A stretch of DNA of 45,716 bases from Candidatus Eiseniibacteriota bacterium (GTDB lineage: Bacteria; Eisenbacteria; RBG-16-71-46): the NCBI GenBank assembly GCA_038231135.1, contig JBBRLX010000035.1, positions 1 to 45,716 of the forward strand, written 5' to 3'. Below are positions 9,901-18,735 of the stretch, piece after piece (the stretch's first letter is position 1; each line of letters starts with the position of its first letter). Made by a program: the position numbers and the translations under genes. Under the pieces are notes generated by a model. It was given only the letters and a program-made list of their open reading frames with translations. It searched no databases and was not told where the DNA came from.

Positions 9901-9992
9901 ACCTGCGCCCGCGCTGCGATCGGCGCCAGCAGCGCTGCACACGCGAACAGCGCGGCCAGGAACCCACGAATGTCGTATCGGTTAGGCTTCAT
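6990..9992 (-). CDS. Large secreted hypothetical protein (~1000 aa) with acidic Ca-binding-like loops, Fn3-like region and T9SS-like C-terminal domain
   Basis: Signal peptide (…APIAARAQ); DEDFLDGRDNDGDGLIDED; AGDNTVTLAWD…DFRGYRIWK…YFYSVTAFD (Fn3-like); CTD VVPNPY…TIRIYTVSGDLV…WNL…VVSGIYVFTVE…GRFVVIR. Confidence 0.85.
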   Translation of the reverse strand: MKPNRYDIRGFLAALFACAALLAPIAARAQVFPGKVDPDGYDLAKLKAALPEYFHPTGGNGRVQPADLPDVFGPGAVLRVGNVHMKVTNWGHCGNLFTQLSTDPSGQWPGASGIEYLSSIRLAVGAVNPGATDPAGIRRVSYLLEWRPETLEPQDKIYRAYDGIVNGARYVNDDGDFDNTNPFGCDNPPCPKIDEDFLDGRDNDGDGLIDEDYGALGQEMYSLVMWDNTIQAVNSVFNEKHVPLGLECREKAWAYSIEGFQDFDVIEYQIFNRSGHTLDSMYVGWLVDIDSGPIDISNFFADDFDVPTFPQGEYLIQVGSSPGQLVDPERRQQPHDSQLNNAFPKDSALCPVDTLRINGFSVIDDNGDNGRTPGVGSFLLVNHTTDPTGETAPARVGFRAFRSFTGGTPYVQGGNPVIDQQRYEFMSSKENIGDDGFINKLPGDQKGDYITWSSIGPFLNVADGQSVTATVAFAVQKGTYQEMLQWPAKYGAYRDGPAVLKNERANELFNEYPALLNAFNVQLAYEGVNERREGFRTPDYHGRETPRQLKPGEPPVFLADCRDVQLGRTREVTDREPTWFDFDCSYCTGVWDSNLGASNPRVGGLFHKTWNAEAPPPNPNLNVASRYNYSANPDRNIAPAGDNTVTLAWDNLSEVTADPKSQWFDFRGYRIWKVADWKRPVGSAGPSEADWTLVGEFRQFYYRDQHNQLIPNNKYIDSTLAVPDTVCPKVFFPNYLDPVTHVRGPATVPICLQRGDLWDRQSGEILHPDTTLGCIKDSLGDCSAVDGCIVHRNPCDTPSNRETRERFAIGEYKYVDHEVKNGFMYFYSVTAFDSTTSLNRTTELGGRRSAVEAEGVVPQVGTKKGKGVWVVPNPYRGYSNIALRPSSWDLTPNASDPTGTHIDFLGLPPSQWTIRIYTVSGDLVAVIKSTDSVNESVRPVVIQPNGSQLPGYNRQQDNPNDGQARWNLISRNGQDVVSGIYVFTVESKEGTQRGRFVVIR

Positions 9993-10010
9993 GTCTCCCG
10001 TTCCCACCGG

Positions 10011-12806
10011 TCAGAAAGTGACGTTCATGCCGAGGCGCACGTTCCGGCCCTCGGAGAATACCCGGGGGTCGCGCACCGGAACCCAATCCGGAATGTTGTC
10101 GCCGTTGACGTCCTGCAGATACGCCCCGCCGGCCCGGCCCGTCTGGGTGTAGTAGATCGTGTAATCGTCGCCTGCGAAATTCACGTTGGGGTTGGGGAAG
10201 CCACCCACACTCAGGTTGTCGATGTTCACCACGTTGAGCACGTTGCGGGCGTCGAAGAACAACGTCACGTTCTGGCCCCAGATCTTGTAGAACTTGTCGC
10301 CGTCGATCGTCAGGTCCGAGTTCGACGGCAACCGGCGCGAGTTCGTGAGCTTGGGATCCGGCCGCCGGTCGTTCGCGTATGCCGGCGTGAACGGGAAGCC
10401 CGAACCATAGACCCACAGCATCCGGAACCCCCACTTGCCGGGATCGCGCACGGTCGACGAGAAGCTCAGCGTGTGCCGCTGATCCCAGTCCAGCGCCTGC
10501 TCGGAGATCGGCAGGTACAGCCGGCCACCGTTGAAGAACTGCAGCGCCTGGTTGGGGTCGGAGGCGACGCCGGTCGCGAGCGAGTAGGTGTAGTTGACCT
10601 CGGCCGAGAACTTGTGGCTGAAGCTCTTGATGATGCTGGCCTCGAAGCCGCGCGAGCTCGCGTAGTCGCCGTTGTAGAACACGTTCACCAGGTTGCCGAA
10701 CTCGTCCCGCTCCTGCCGCGTGGTGATCAGCCCGTAAATGTCCTTGAAGAACACCGAGAACTGACCGGACACGTCGCGCGAGAACAGGTGCTGCATGCCG
10801 GCCTGGTACGCGATGTTCGTCTCGGGCTCGAGGTCCGGGTTGCCGCGCGTGACGACGCTGGTGCCGGCATCGCGATTCTCGAAGATGTAGCGGCGCGCCG
10901 GGGTCTGGTAGGTCCAGCCGTAGTGGAAGCTCAGCACGTCCTTGTCGGAGATCGGGTAGGCGATGCCGAGTCGCGGGCTGAACTGCATCTTGTCGCGCTT
11001 GCCGCTGCGCAGGTCGGCGTTCGAGATCTGGTCGCCGGGCGTGAAGAAGTCGTAGCGCACGCCGGCGTTGAGCACCAGACCCTCGTACTCCCAGCGGTCC
11101 TGGACGTATGCGGCGCCCTCGGGATTGAAGTTCGTGTAGTCCGAGCGGTTACCGCCGGGCAGGCCGTTGTTCTCGACGTTCGGGAACGCCAGCGTGAGAT
11201 TCTGCACCCGGTTGTACTTGGCCTCGATGCCGGTCTTGAGCGTGTGCTGCTTGTAGCGGCGCGTCGAGAAGTCGGTCTTGAGCGAATACGTGGCCGCGTC
11301 CCGGTTGAAGTACTGCGGGAAGTCGCCGTGCGTCGCGTAGTACGGATTGTCCTCGGTGCCGGTGCCGAGGTTGCCGCTCCAGTAGAACGGGCTCTGAATC
11401 GCGTACTCCCACGGCTCCTTCTGGCCCACCGAGTTGAGCGTGTTGAACCGGAGACTGGCGAGCCGGGTGGTGAGCACCGACTTGTCGGAGATCTGGTTGG
11501 TCCACACGGCGGTGTACTGGCGGTAGCGATCGTCCAGCGTGGGCACGTGGTCCGGCAGGTTCACGGGCAGATACGTGCTGTCCACCTGCAGCGCCGACCA
11601 GGTCCCGTAGTGGGGCGAATAGCGGTCCGGCTGGCCGGCCGAACGCAGGGTGTCGAGCGCCACCTTCACGAACCCCTGCCGGCTCCACATGTGGTTGTAC
11701 GGCGTGTTGACCGTGTGGTTGTTGATGATCTCGAGCGTCACCTTGTTCTTGGGGTTCGCCCGGTACGCCAGCTTGAGATTCGCGTTCACCTGGTTCGACT
11801 GGCGATTGCCGAGCGTGATGAAGTCGAGGAACGTGCGGCGCGGCTTCGTGAGCGTCGACTTGAGGTAGGTGTCCGAGAACGTCCCCTCGTAGGTCGCGAA
11901 GTAGGTCAGGCTCTTGATGGGCGTCGGTCCGCCGAAGCCGAACGTGAACCGGTCGAAGTCGTTGAACGTCTTGGTGGGGTCGCCGAACCGGTCGGTGTCC
12001 CACCGCACCTCGCCGCCCAGGCGGTCCGTGCCCTCCTTGGTGCTGACGTTCACGACGCCGGACAGCGCGTTGCCGTATTCGGCGTCGAACCCGCCCGACA
12101 GCACTTCGGCACCGGCGATCGCAAGGTTCGCCACGTTCGCGTTGCGACCAAACAGCGGATCCGAAGCCTCGGTGCCGTCGATCTGCAGCTTCACCTCGCC
12201 GCCGCGGCCGCCTCGGAAGTGGAGCTCGTCGCCGCGCGCCACGACGCCCGCCTTGGTGGCGATCGCCTGGCTCAGGTTGTCGACCGGCAGCTCCTTGAGC
12301 CGCTCGGACGTGATCGCCTGCTTGGTCGTCGACGACTTGGTGTCGATGACCTTCGCGCCATGGACCTCGATGACGTCGAGTTCCTTGACCGACTTGGCGA
12401 CGCCGACGGAGAACGTGAGCGCCGAGTTCTGGCCGGCGTTGACCTGGACCGTCTGGGTCATCTTGTCATGCCCGATCGCCATCACCTGCACCTGCTGGGT
12501 GCCCACGGGCACGCCATGGATCACGAAGTTGCCGTTGTCGTCGGTCGAGGTGCCCTGCTTGGTTCCGAGCACGACGACATTGGCGTAGGGCAACGGGTCC
12601 TTGCCGTTATCGAGCACCCGTCCCGAAATGGTGCCCGACAGCGCGGGAACGCCAGGTGCGGCCACCGTGGGCGTGGCAGGTCGTGCGGGAGCAGCTGCTT
12701 TCGTGGGCGCCGCCGGCCTTTGCTGTCCGAACCCAGGAGCAGCGAAGGCGACGCCGAGGACCGCCACCGTCAATGCGGGTAGGAAGCGCCTGATCGTCTG
12801 GTGCAT
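10011..12806 (-). CDS. TonB-dependent receptor with N-terminal carboxypeptidase-regulatory-like domain
   Basis: Signal peptide; GTISGRV…PLPYANVVV…GTSTD..GNFVI; plug motifs HFRGGR and SGGFDAEYGNALSGVVN; NAGVRYD, SPRLG, GNPDLEPE; terminal Phe. Start ATG 12806 with GAGGT RBS. Confidence 0.93.
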   Translation of the reverse strand: MHQTIRRFLPALTVAVLGVAFAAPGFGQQRPAAPTKAAAPARPATPTVAAPGVPALSGTISGRVLDNGKDPLPYANVVVLGTKQGTSTDDNGNFVIHGVPVGTQQVQVMAIGHDKMTQTVQVNAGQNSALTFSVGVAKSVKELDVIEVHGAKVIDTKSSTTKQAITSERLKELPVDNLSQAIATKAGVVARGDELHFRGGRGGEVKLQIDGTEASDPLFGRNANVANLAIAGAEVLSGGFDAEYGNALSGVVNVSTKEGTDRLGGEVRWDTDRFGDPTKTFNDFDRFTFGFGGPTPIKSLTYFATYEGTFSDTYLKSTLTKPRRTFLDFITLGNRQSNQVNANLKLAYRANPKNKVTLEIINNHTVNTPYNHMWSRQGFVKVALDTLRSAGQPDRYSPHYGTWSALQVDSTYLPVNLPDHVPTLDDRYRQYTAVWTNQISDKSVLTTRLASLRFNTLNSVGQKEPWEYAIQSPFYWSGNLGTGTEDNPYYATHGDFPQYFNRDAATYSLKTDFSTRRYKQHTLKTGIEAKYNRVQNLTLAFPNVENNGLPGGNRSDYTNFNPEGAAYVQDRWEYEGLVLNAGVRYDFFTPGDQISNADLRSGKRDKMQFSPRLGIAYPISDKDVLSFHYGWTYQTPARRYIFENRDAGTSVVTRGNPDLEPETNIAYQAGMQHLFSRDVSGQFSVFFKDIYGLITTRQERDEFGNLVNVFYNGDYASSRGFEASIIKSFSHKFSAEVNYTYSLATGVASDPNQALQFFNGGRLYLPISEQALDWDQRHTLSFSSTVRDPGKWGFRMLWVYGSGFPFTPAYANDRRPDPKLTNSRRLPSNSDLTIDGDKFYKIWGQNVTLFFDARNVLNVVNIDNLSVGGFPNPNVNFAGDDYTIYYTQTGRAGGAYLQDVNGDNIPDWVPVRDPRVFSEGRNVRLGMNVTF

Positions 12807-13085
12807 AGAGTGAGACCTCGCTCGAAGAACCATGGCTGCATGCGGATCCGGGTAAAAATGCCTGTGGTGTGGTACCAAGTCAACGAGATTCCCGTCCAAG
12901 TGCTTCGCGGCAAGCAAGTTAGTTCGCGAAGTTCTCGAGAGGTGTCGGTCCGTCACGATCGCCTCACGCACTTCACGCGATAGGGATCGGGAGCAGCGAC
13001 CCGGAGCGGGTCGGCAGTTGGCGTCGCAGGGGGGGTTCCGCAAGACAGCACTCGAACAGCGGTGCCGGACGCCCAGTCCATGGCA

Positions 13086-13114
13086 ACTATCGTCAGGAGT
13101 CCTCCGACTGTCAA
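13086..13114 (-). promoter_or_regulatory. Candidate sigma70 promoter for the TonB-receptor operon
   Basis: TTGACA-17 bp-GATAGT. A second candidate TTGACT-17-CATTTT lies at 12855-12883. Confidence 0.55.
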
Positions 13115-13143
13115 GGGGTTTTTCGGTCCATGTCCATCGCGGA

Positions 13144-14781
13144 TCAGAAGACCCACCGCAGTCGGCCCGCCAACCGCTGGCGGCTGGTACGGGTGTTGGA
13201 CGGATCCTGGAAGTCGGAACGCGTCCATTCATAAGCGTATCCGGCATCGAACGACCAGCGCACGTCCCGGGGATGGAGGCCGAAACCGGCCGTGCCGGAG
13301 TTCGTGGTGGTCTCGTTGAACCGGGTGGCGTCGTCCTGGTCCTGCCAGTGATAGAGGTAGCCCATCCGGACCGTGAGCATGGGGACCAGCGGCAACTCGA
13401 CTCCGGACCGCACGTCCCAGCCGGTGGCCTTGGGGCCGATCCCGGTCAGTTCCTGGTCGTGGTGACTCACGTAGTAGTGGCCCTCCACCCCCAGCACCGT
13501 CCCGTGTAGGCCCGACTTCCAGGCGATCCCGCCCCCCGCCTCGACCGAACGGTCCTCGACGACGTTGTGAACGATGCTGTCCGGCACCGCGAGCGTGTCC
13601 GCGCCGTCGCGATTGAACACCACGTCGATGAAGTGGTTGAAGCTGTCCTCTTCGCCGATCGGAGGCGGAGTGGTCTCCGCCTTGCGATAAGCGGTCGCGA
13701 GCCCGGCCCCGATCTCGAACCGGCGTCCCGCCCAGCGCACGCGCGCCTTGAGGTTCGAGCCCTCCTCCACGCGGTGCAGCAACCGGCCGCGTCCCTCGAG
13801 CGGATCGGTCGCCGTGCCTGCCGAGGTGGTGAACACGTAATCCTGGTCGGACTTCGCGCGCCAGCCGCGCGCGTCCGCGCCCCACTCGAGACCCCCGGTG
13901 CGGCCAATGATCGAGGCCTGTCCGACGTGATACGGCCGCTGTTCGTGGATTTCGGACGCGTTCCGTAACCCATCGTTCGTTCCCAGGATGTTGTGACTCA
14001 CGGCATCGTAGCCGACCGCCACGTGGATGTCGGGCGTGACGCGCATCCCGAGATGGGCGCCGAGCCCGAACGAGTGGACGATGGTGTGCGTCGGCGCGAA
14101 GAAATCGGGCGGGTCGATCTGGGTGCCATCGCGATCGAGGAACTGGCCGGCGCTGTTCGCGACGAACAGGCGATAGTGATCGATGTTGGACGGCGTCGCG
14201 ACCAGGCCCCGCAGCGCGTAGGTGAACCGGCGGGTCTTCCCGATCGGCAGATGGCCGGCGAGAATCGGCATGATGTTGGGTCGGCCGAGCATCGAGCGGC
14301 GCTCGATCGCCTCGTTGTACGGCAGGTCGGTGCGCGCGGTGCTCCAGTCCCCGACCGCACCGTACGTCGAATTCTGCGTGCGCCGCCAGCCTTCGTAGTA
14401 GGTGCGGAAGTCGCGCGCCGCATAGGTCTGACGCTGGTATGCCGGGTCGGCCTGGAACCGATCCGTGACCGTCGAGCCGGAGCCCGTCACGGGGCCGAAC
14501 TCGAGCGTCGAGCTGCTATCGGCATCGAGCACGCCGATCGGATTCTGGCCCAGGTCCCACATGTTGATCCGGTTGTGGGCATCGTCGAGTACGTAACTGA
14601 GGCGTCCCATGCCGAGCAGCCGGGGGCTGCGCGCGATCGGATCGGGGGTGCCGTCGAGATACGGGCTGGGATCGTCGAACACCGAGTACACCGATTGAGC
14701 CATGGCCGGTGCGATGGGCGCGGCGATGCCGGCGGCGACTGCCAGCAGCGCGCTCCATCGAACCCCGCGCGAAGGGCTCAT
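13144..14781 (-). CDS. Hypothetical outer-membrane beta-barrel protein, FadL/PorV-like N-terminus
   Basis: Signal peptide, alternating amphipathic strands, C-terminal …LRWVF (BAM beta-signal), AAAGGAG RBS. Confidence 0.75.
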   Translation of the reverse strand: MSPSRGVRWSALLAVAAGIAAPIAPAMAQSVYSVFDDPSPYLDGTPDPIARSPRLLGMGRLSYVLDDAHNRINMWDLGQNPIGVLDADSSSTLEFGPVTGSGSTVTDRFQADPAYQRQTYAARDFRTYYEGWRRTQNSTYGAVGDWSTARTDLPYNEAIERRSMLGRPNIMPILAGHLPIGKTRRFTYALRGLVATPSNIDHYRLFVANSAGQFLDRDGTQIDPPDFFAPTHTIVHSFGLGAHLGMRVTPDIHVAVGYDAVSHNILGTNDGLRNASEIHEQRPYHVGQASIIGRTGGLEWGADARGWRAKSDQDYVFTTSAGTATDPLEGRGRLLHRVEEGSNLKARVRWAGRRFEIGAGLATAYRKAETTPPPIGEEDSFNHFIDVVFNRDGADTLAVPDSIVHNVVEDRSVEAGGGIAWKSGLHGTVLGVEGHYYVSHHDQELTGIGPKATGWDVRSGVELPLVPMLTVRMGYLYHWQDQDDATRFNETTTNSGTAGFGLHPRDVRWSFDAGYAYEWTRSDFQDPSNTRTSRQRLAGRLRWVF

Positions 14782-14892
14782 GCGAACTCCTTTCTACGAG
14801 TCGGCAGGAAGGCAACAACCGACGCGAATGGAAAATGCCGGCACGAAGCGCCGGCACGCGCGGTCCACGAAGTACGCCACGAGTTGCCGAGC

Positions 14893-14921
14893 ATACTAGG
14901 AACGGCCCCCGGGGGTGTCAA
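14893..14921 (-). promoter_or_regulatory. Candidate sigma70 promoter for the beta-barrel gene, overlapping the mpg 3' end
   Basis: TTGACA-17 bp-TAGTAT, with palindromic CCCCCGGGGG in the spacer. Confidence 0.6.
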
Positions 14922-15630
14922 CCACAAACGCAATGTTCCGTGCACGTTGGGTGCCCGACACGCAGGGGTCGCCGGCGAGGAAGAACCGCCACTCGCGCTC
15001 GGTGGCGCGACGAATGCCGATGCGCGCGCTGCGCGCGATGCGGCGCCCATGACGCACCGGATCCCGGTCCGATATCCACAACGGCGGCCGCGTGAGATCG
15101 AGGCCATCGTGCGTGAGGTCGATTCCCAGCGCGCGCGCCACGCATCCCGGACCGCGCAGCAGCCGCTCGCGAGGCACCGGTCCCCGCCGCCGCTCCATGA
15201 GCTCGAGCCCGGCAATGGGTTCGCAGGCGCGCACCAGCACCGCCGCGGGAATCCCCACGCCTTCCGCGACCACGTTGAAGCAGTGGTGCATGCCGTAGGT
15301 GAAGTAGACATACGCGTGACCGGGAGCGCCGAACATGATCGCGGTGCGCGGGGTCTTCCCGCGCCACGCGTGGCTGGCCGGATCGCCGGGGCCGCGGTAG
15401 GCCTCGACTTCGACGATGCGGCCCGCCGTGACACCTGCGTCCGTGGCGTGGATCAACACACGGCCGAGCAGGGCCCGCGCGACGCTCACCACCCCGCGCG
15501 CATAGAACGCCCGCGGCAGCGGACGCCCGAACGGCGCGTCCGGCGCCGGGCGAACGGCGGTCGCCGGGCGCGGCGCCCGGCGAACCCGGCCCGCCGGGGG
15601 CCGCGCGTCAGTGTCCGACGGCCGCTTCAC
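14896..15630 (-). CDS. mpg: DNA-3-methyladenine glycosylase (MPG/AAG family)
   Basis: ARALLG, GRIVEVEAY, DPASHA, GHAYVYFTYGMHHC, AVLVRACEP, GPG, RIGI. Confidence 0.93.
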   Translation of the reverse strand: MKRPSDTDARPPAGRVRRAPRPATAVRPAPDAPFGRPLPRAFYARGVVSVARALLGRVLIHATDAGVTAGRIVEVEAYRGPGDPASHAWRGKTPRTAIMFGAPGHAYVYFTYGMHHCFNVVAEGVGIPAAVLVRACEPIAGLELMERRRGPVPRERLLRGPGCVARALGIDLTHDGLDLTRPPLWISDRDPVRHGRRIARSARIGIRRATEREWRFFLAGDPCVSGTQRARNIAFVVDTPGGRS

Positions 15631-16978
15631 CCACGCCCAACCGGCGCAGCGGCTCGAGCATCATGGCTGTGATCTCCGCCAGCCGTTCCGGGGTGCGCGC
15701 CTCGAACCGCACGACGATCACCGGCTGCGTGTTCGACGCCCGCACCAGGCCCCAGCCGTCGCCGAACTCCACGCGCGCGCCGTCGATGTCGATCACCGGG
15801 TAGACGCCGCCGAACTCCCGCTTGATCGCCTCCGGCACCTCGAACTTGAGTTCGTCGGGACACGCGAGCCGCGTCTCCGGCGTCGAGAAATACTGCGGGA
15901 TCGATTCCACGAGTTCGTCGAGGGTCCTGCCCGTCGAGGCCACGTATCGCAACAGCCGGCCGGCGGCGAACAACGCGTCGTCGAAGCCGAAGAACCCCTC
16001 GCTGAAGAACATGTGGCCGGACATCTCCCCCGCGAGCGGCGCGCCGCTCTCGTGCAGGCGCTGCTTGATCAGCGAATGCCCGGTCTTCCACATCGTCGGG
16101 CGCCCGCCGTGGGCGAGGACGTCCTCCGCGAGCCCCTGCGAGCACTTGACGTCGTAGATGACCTCGCCGCCCGGCACGCGGGTGAGCACATCGCGCGCGA
16201 ACAGCGCCAGCAGCTGGTCGCCCCACACGATCCGCCCGCTGCCGGTCACGGCGCCGATGCGATCCGCGTCGCCGTCGAACCCGATCCCGAGATCGGCGCC
16301 CGTGTCCTTCACCTTCTGCTGCAGGTCTAAGAGCAGCGCGGGCACCGTCGGGTCCGGCAGGTGGTTGGGAAACCGGCCGTCGAGCTCGGAAAACAGCGGC
16401 GTGACGGTGTGCCCCATCCGCTCGAACACCCTGGGCACCACGGTGCCGGCGCAGCCGTTGCCGCAATCCATCACCACCCGCAGCCCGGTGGCACTGGTGC
16501 AACGCTCGACCAGCATCGCCGAGTACTCGTCGAGCACCGGGCTCCCGGTCCAGCGTCCCGAGCCCGTGGCGAGTTCGCCGGCCTCGATGCGATCCCGCAT
16601 GCGCACGATGTCGGCGCCGAACAGCGGCAGCTGGCGCTTCATCATCTTGAAACCGTTGAACTCGGGCGGGTTGTGACTGCCGGTGATCTGCATGCCGCCG
16701 GCGAGGCCGCGCGACACCACGGCATAGTAGAGCGCCGGCGTGGGCACGATGTCGACGCGCTCGACGTCCACCCCGGCGGCGAGCATGCCGCGCTCCGCGG
16801 CCGCCGCCAGCCGCTCGCTGCTGGGGCGCACGTCGCGCCCCACCGCGACCCGGGTGCCGCCCTCGTCGCGGATCATACTGGCGAACGCCCGCCCCACGCT
16901 CATTGCCGCCTCGGTGGTGAGTTCGGTCTCGTGCAGGCCGCGGATGTCGTACTCGCGAAAGATGTGGCGCGGGATCAT
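15608..16978 (-). CDS. Phosphomannomutase/phosphoglucomutase (AlgC-like)
   Basis: [39 protein letters not shown] overlaps the prfB stop (ATGA). Confidence 0.95.
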   Translation of the reverse strand: MIPRHIFREYDIRGLHETELTTEAAMSVGRAFASMIRDEGGTRVAVGRDVRPSSERLAAAAERGMLAAGVDVERVDIVPTPALYYAVVSRGLAGGMQITGSHNPPEFNGFKMMKRQLPLFGADIVRMRDRIEAGELATGSGRWTGSPVLDEYSAMLVERCTSATGLRVVMDCGNGCAGTVVPRVFERMGHTVTPLFSELDGRFPNHLPDPTVPALLLDLQQKVKDTGADLGIGFDGDADRIGAVTGSGRIVWGDQLLALFARDVLTRVPGGEVIYDVKCSQGLAEDVLAHGGRPTMWKTGHSLIKQRLHESGAPLAGEMSGHMFFSEGFFGFDDALFAAGRLLRYVASTGRTLDELVESIPQYFSTPETRLACPDELKFEVPEAIKREFGGVYPVIDIDGARVEFGDGWGLVRASNTQPVIVVRFEARTPERLAEITAMMLEPLRRLGVGEAAVGH

Positions 16979-18082
16979 GCCGGGTCCTTGCGCTTGAGCC
17001 ACGCGTCGATGAACGGGTCGAGCTGGCCGTCGAGCACGGCGTGCACGTCGCCGATCTTGAGCTCGGTGCGATGGTCGTTGACCATGGTATACGGCTGCAT
17101 CACGTACGAGCGGATCTGGCTGCCGAAGTCGATGTCCTTCTTGGGGCCGGCGAGCACCGCGGTCTTGACCTTCTCGAGCTGCTCGTAGTGGACGAACAGG
17201 CGACCCATGAGGATCTTCATCGCCGCGTCCTTGTTGCGATGCTGGCTGCGCTCGGCCTGCGACTGCGTCACGAGCCCGGTCGGCAGGTGCGTGATGCGCA
17301 CCGCGGACTCGGTCTTGTTCACGTGCTGCCCACCGGCGCCGCCGGCGCGGAACGTGTCGATCCGCAGGTCGCCGGGGGCGATGTCCACCTTGATGGTGTC
17401 GTCCACCATCGGCATCACCGCCACGGATGCGAACGAGGTGTGGCGTCGCTGGTTCGCGTCGTACGGCGAGATTCGCACCAGCCGGTGGACGCCGGTCTCG
17501 GCCTTGAGGTAGCCGTAGGCGTATTCGCCGTCGATCTCGAGCGTGGCGTCCTTGATGCCCGCCTCGTCGCCGGCCTGGTAGTCGAGCAGCGCCACCGGAT
17601 AGCCGTGACGCTCCGCCCAGCGCTGGTACATGCGCATCAGCATCTCGGCCCAGTCCTGGGATTCGGTGCCGCCGGCGCCCGGATGGATATTCACGAGCGC
17701 CCCGAACCGGTCGTGCTCGCCGGACAACAGGCTCCGGGTCTCGAGTTCCAGGACCTGGCGCTCGAGCCCTCCCAGCTCGCGCTCCAGCTCGATCAGCATC
17801 GATTCGTCGCCTTCGGTCTCGGCCAGGTCCACGAGCTCGGCGAGGCTGCGGCACGCGGCGTCGGGCGCGTTCCAGTCGTCGATCGTCTTCTTCGCCTGCT
17901 TCATGCGCTGGACGGTCTTCTGCGCGTCCTCCTGCCGGTCCCAGAATCCGGGCTCCGCCATGCGGGCCTCGAGCTGCCGGGTCTCCGCGGCCCGGGCATC
18001 GACGTCAAAGATACCTCCGCAGACTGTCGAGGGTGGCGCGCACGGCGTCGATTCGTTTCCGCAGATCCGCGGTCGTCAGCAT
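16975..18082 (-). CDS. prfB: Peptide chain release factor 2, programmed +1 frameshift
   Basis: ORF1 18082-18005 ends …RRYL-TGA in the context GGAGG TAT CTT TGA C. The +1 frame continues DVDARAA…MAEPGFWD…[11 protein letters not shown]…HRLVRISPY…[13 protein letters not shown]. Confidence 0.97.
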
Positions 18083-18735
18083 GTGTCCTTCCCCGCCGCC
18101 TCGCGGCGGGCCCGCAGCGTGCGGACCGCCTCGCGCGCGGCGCCTGCCAGCCGTTCGGGAGTTCCATCGTTGTCGAGCGTCACATCGGCGGCCGCGCGAA
18201 ACGCCGCGTCGCTGCGTTGCACCTCGCGCCGTTCCCGTGCCTGTTGAGGCGTCCAGTGCCGCGACGCGACCAGCCGTTCGATCGCGAGCGCCTCCGGCGC
18301 CACCACCGCCAGCACCGCATCGCACCAGCGTTCGAGTCCCCATTCCAGCAGCAGCGCGGCGTCCAGCACCGCGACGCCGCGGAACCCGTCGCGCAACCAT
18401 TCGGAGATCTGCTCCGCCGCGCGTTCGATGATGCGTGGGTGAACGAGCCGGTCGAGGCGCGCGCGCGCCGCGGGATCGGTGAACACCCGCGCCGCGACCC
18501 GTCCTCGATCGAGGCTGCCGTCGGCGCGGTAGACGTCGTCGCCGTACTCCGCGGCGAGCGCCGCCCGCACTCCGGGGTCGTGATCGGTGACCTCGTGACC
18601 GAGCGCGTCGGCGTCGATCACCCGCGCGCCGTCCGCCGCCAGCGCCCGGGCCACCGTGCTCTTGCCGGCGCCCGCGCGCCCGACGAGCCCCAGCACGAAC
18701 GCGCCGGCGCCCGCCAGCCGTGGATCAGTGAACAT
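18076..18735 (-). CDS. coaE: Dephospho-CoA kinase
   Basis: GLVGRAGAGKSTV, IDAD…GH, LDR….VF, LxxLVHP, DAALLLE, ADVTLDNDG. Confidence 0.9.
   Translation of the reverse strand: MFTDPRLAGAGAFVLGLVGRAGAGKSTVARALAADGARVIDADALGHEVTDHDPGVRAALAAEYGDDVYRADGSLDRGRVAARVFTDPAARARLDRLVHPRIIERAAEQISEWLRDGFRGVAVLDAALLLEWGLERWCDAVLAVVAPEALAIERLVASRHWTPQQARERREVQRSDAAFRAAADVTLDNDGTPERLAGAAREAVRTLRARREAAGKDTC

Noticed and set aside
6714..12782. 2022-aa plus-strand ORF, and similar long antisense ORFs (29823-32780, 33703-35643, 17041-18783)
   Set aside because: Shadow frames antisense to well-supported genes. High GC3 suppresses stops, and the translations lack recognisable motifs.
12860..12900. Cobalamin riboswitch before the TBDR (GGGAATCTCGTTGA resembles GGGAAnnnGGTG)
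   Set aside because: The downstream AAnTCC…CCCGC core and B12 box are absent.
16975..18082. prfB as a pseudogene or assembly frameshift
   Set aside because: The interruption is the canonical SD-CTT-TGA-C programmed frameshift.
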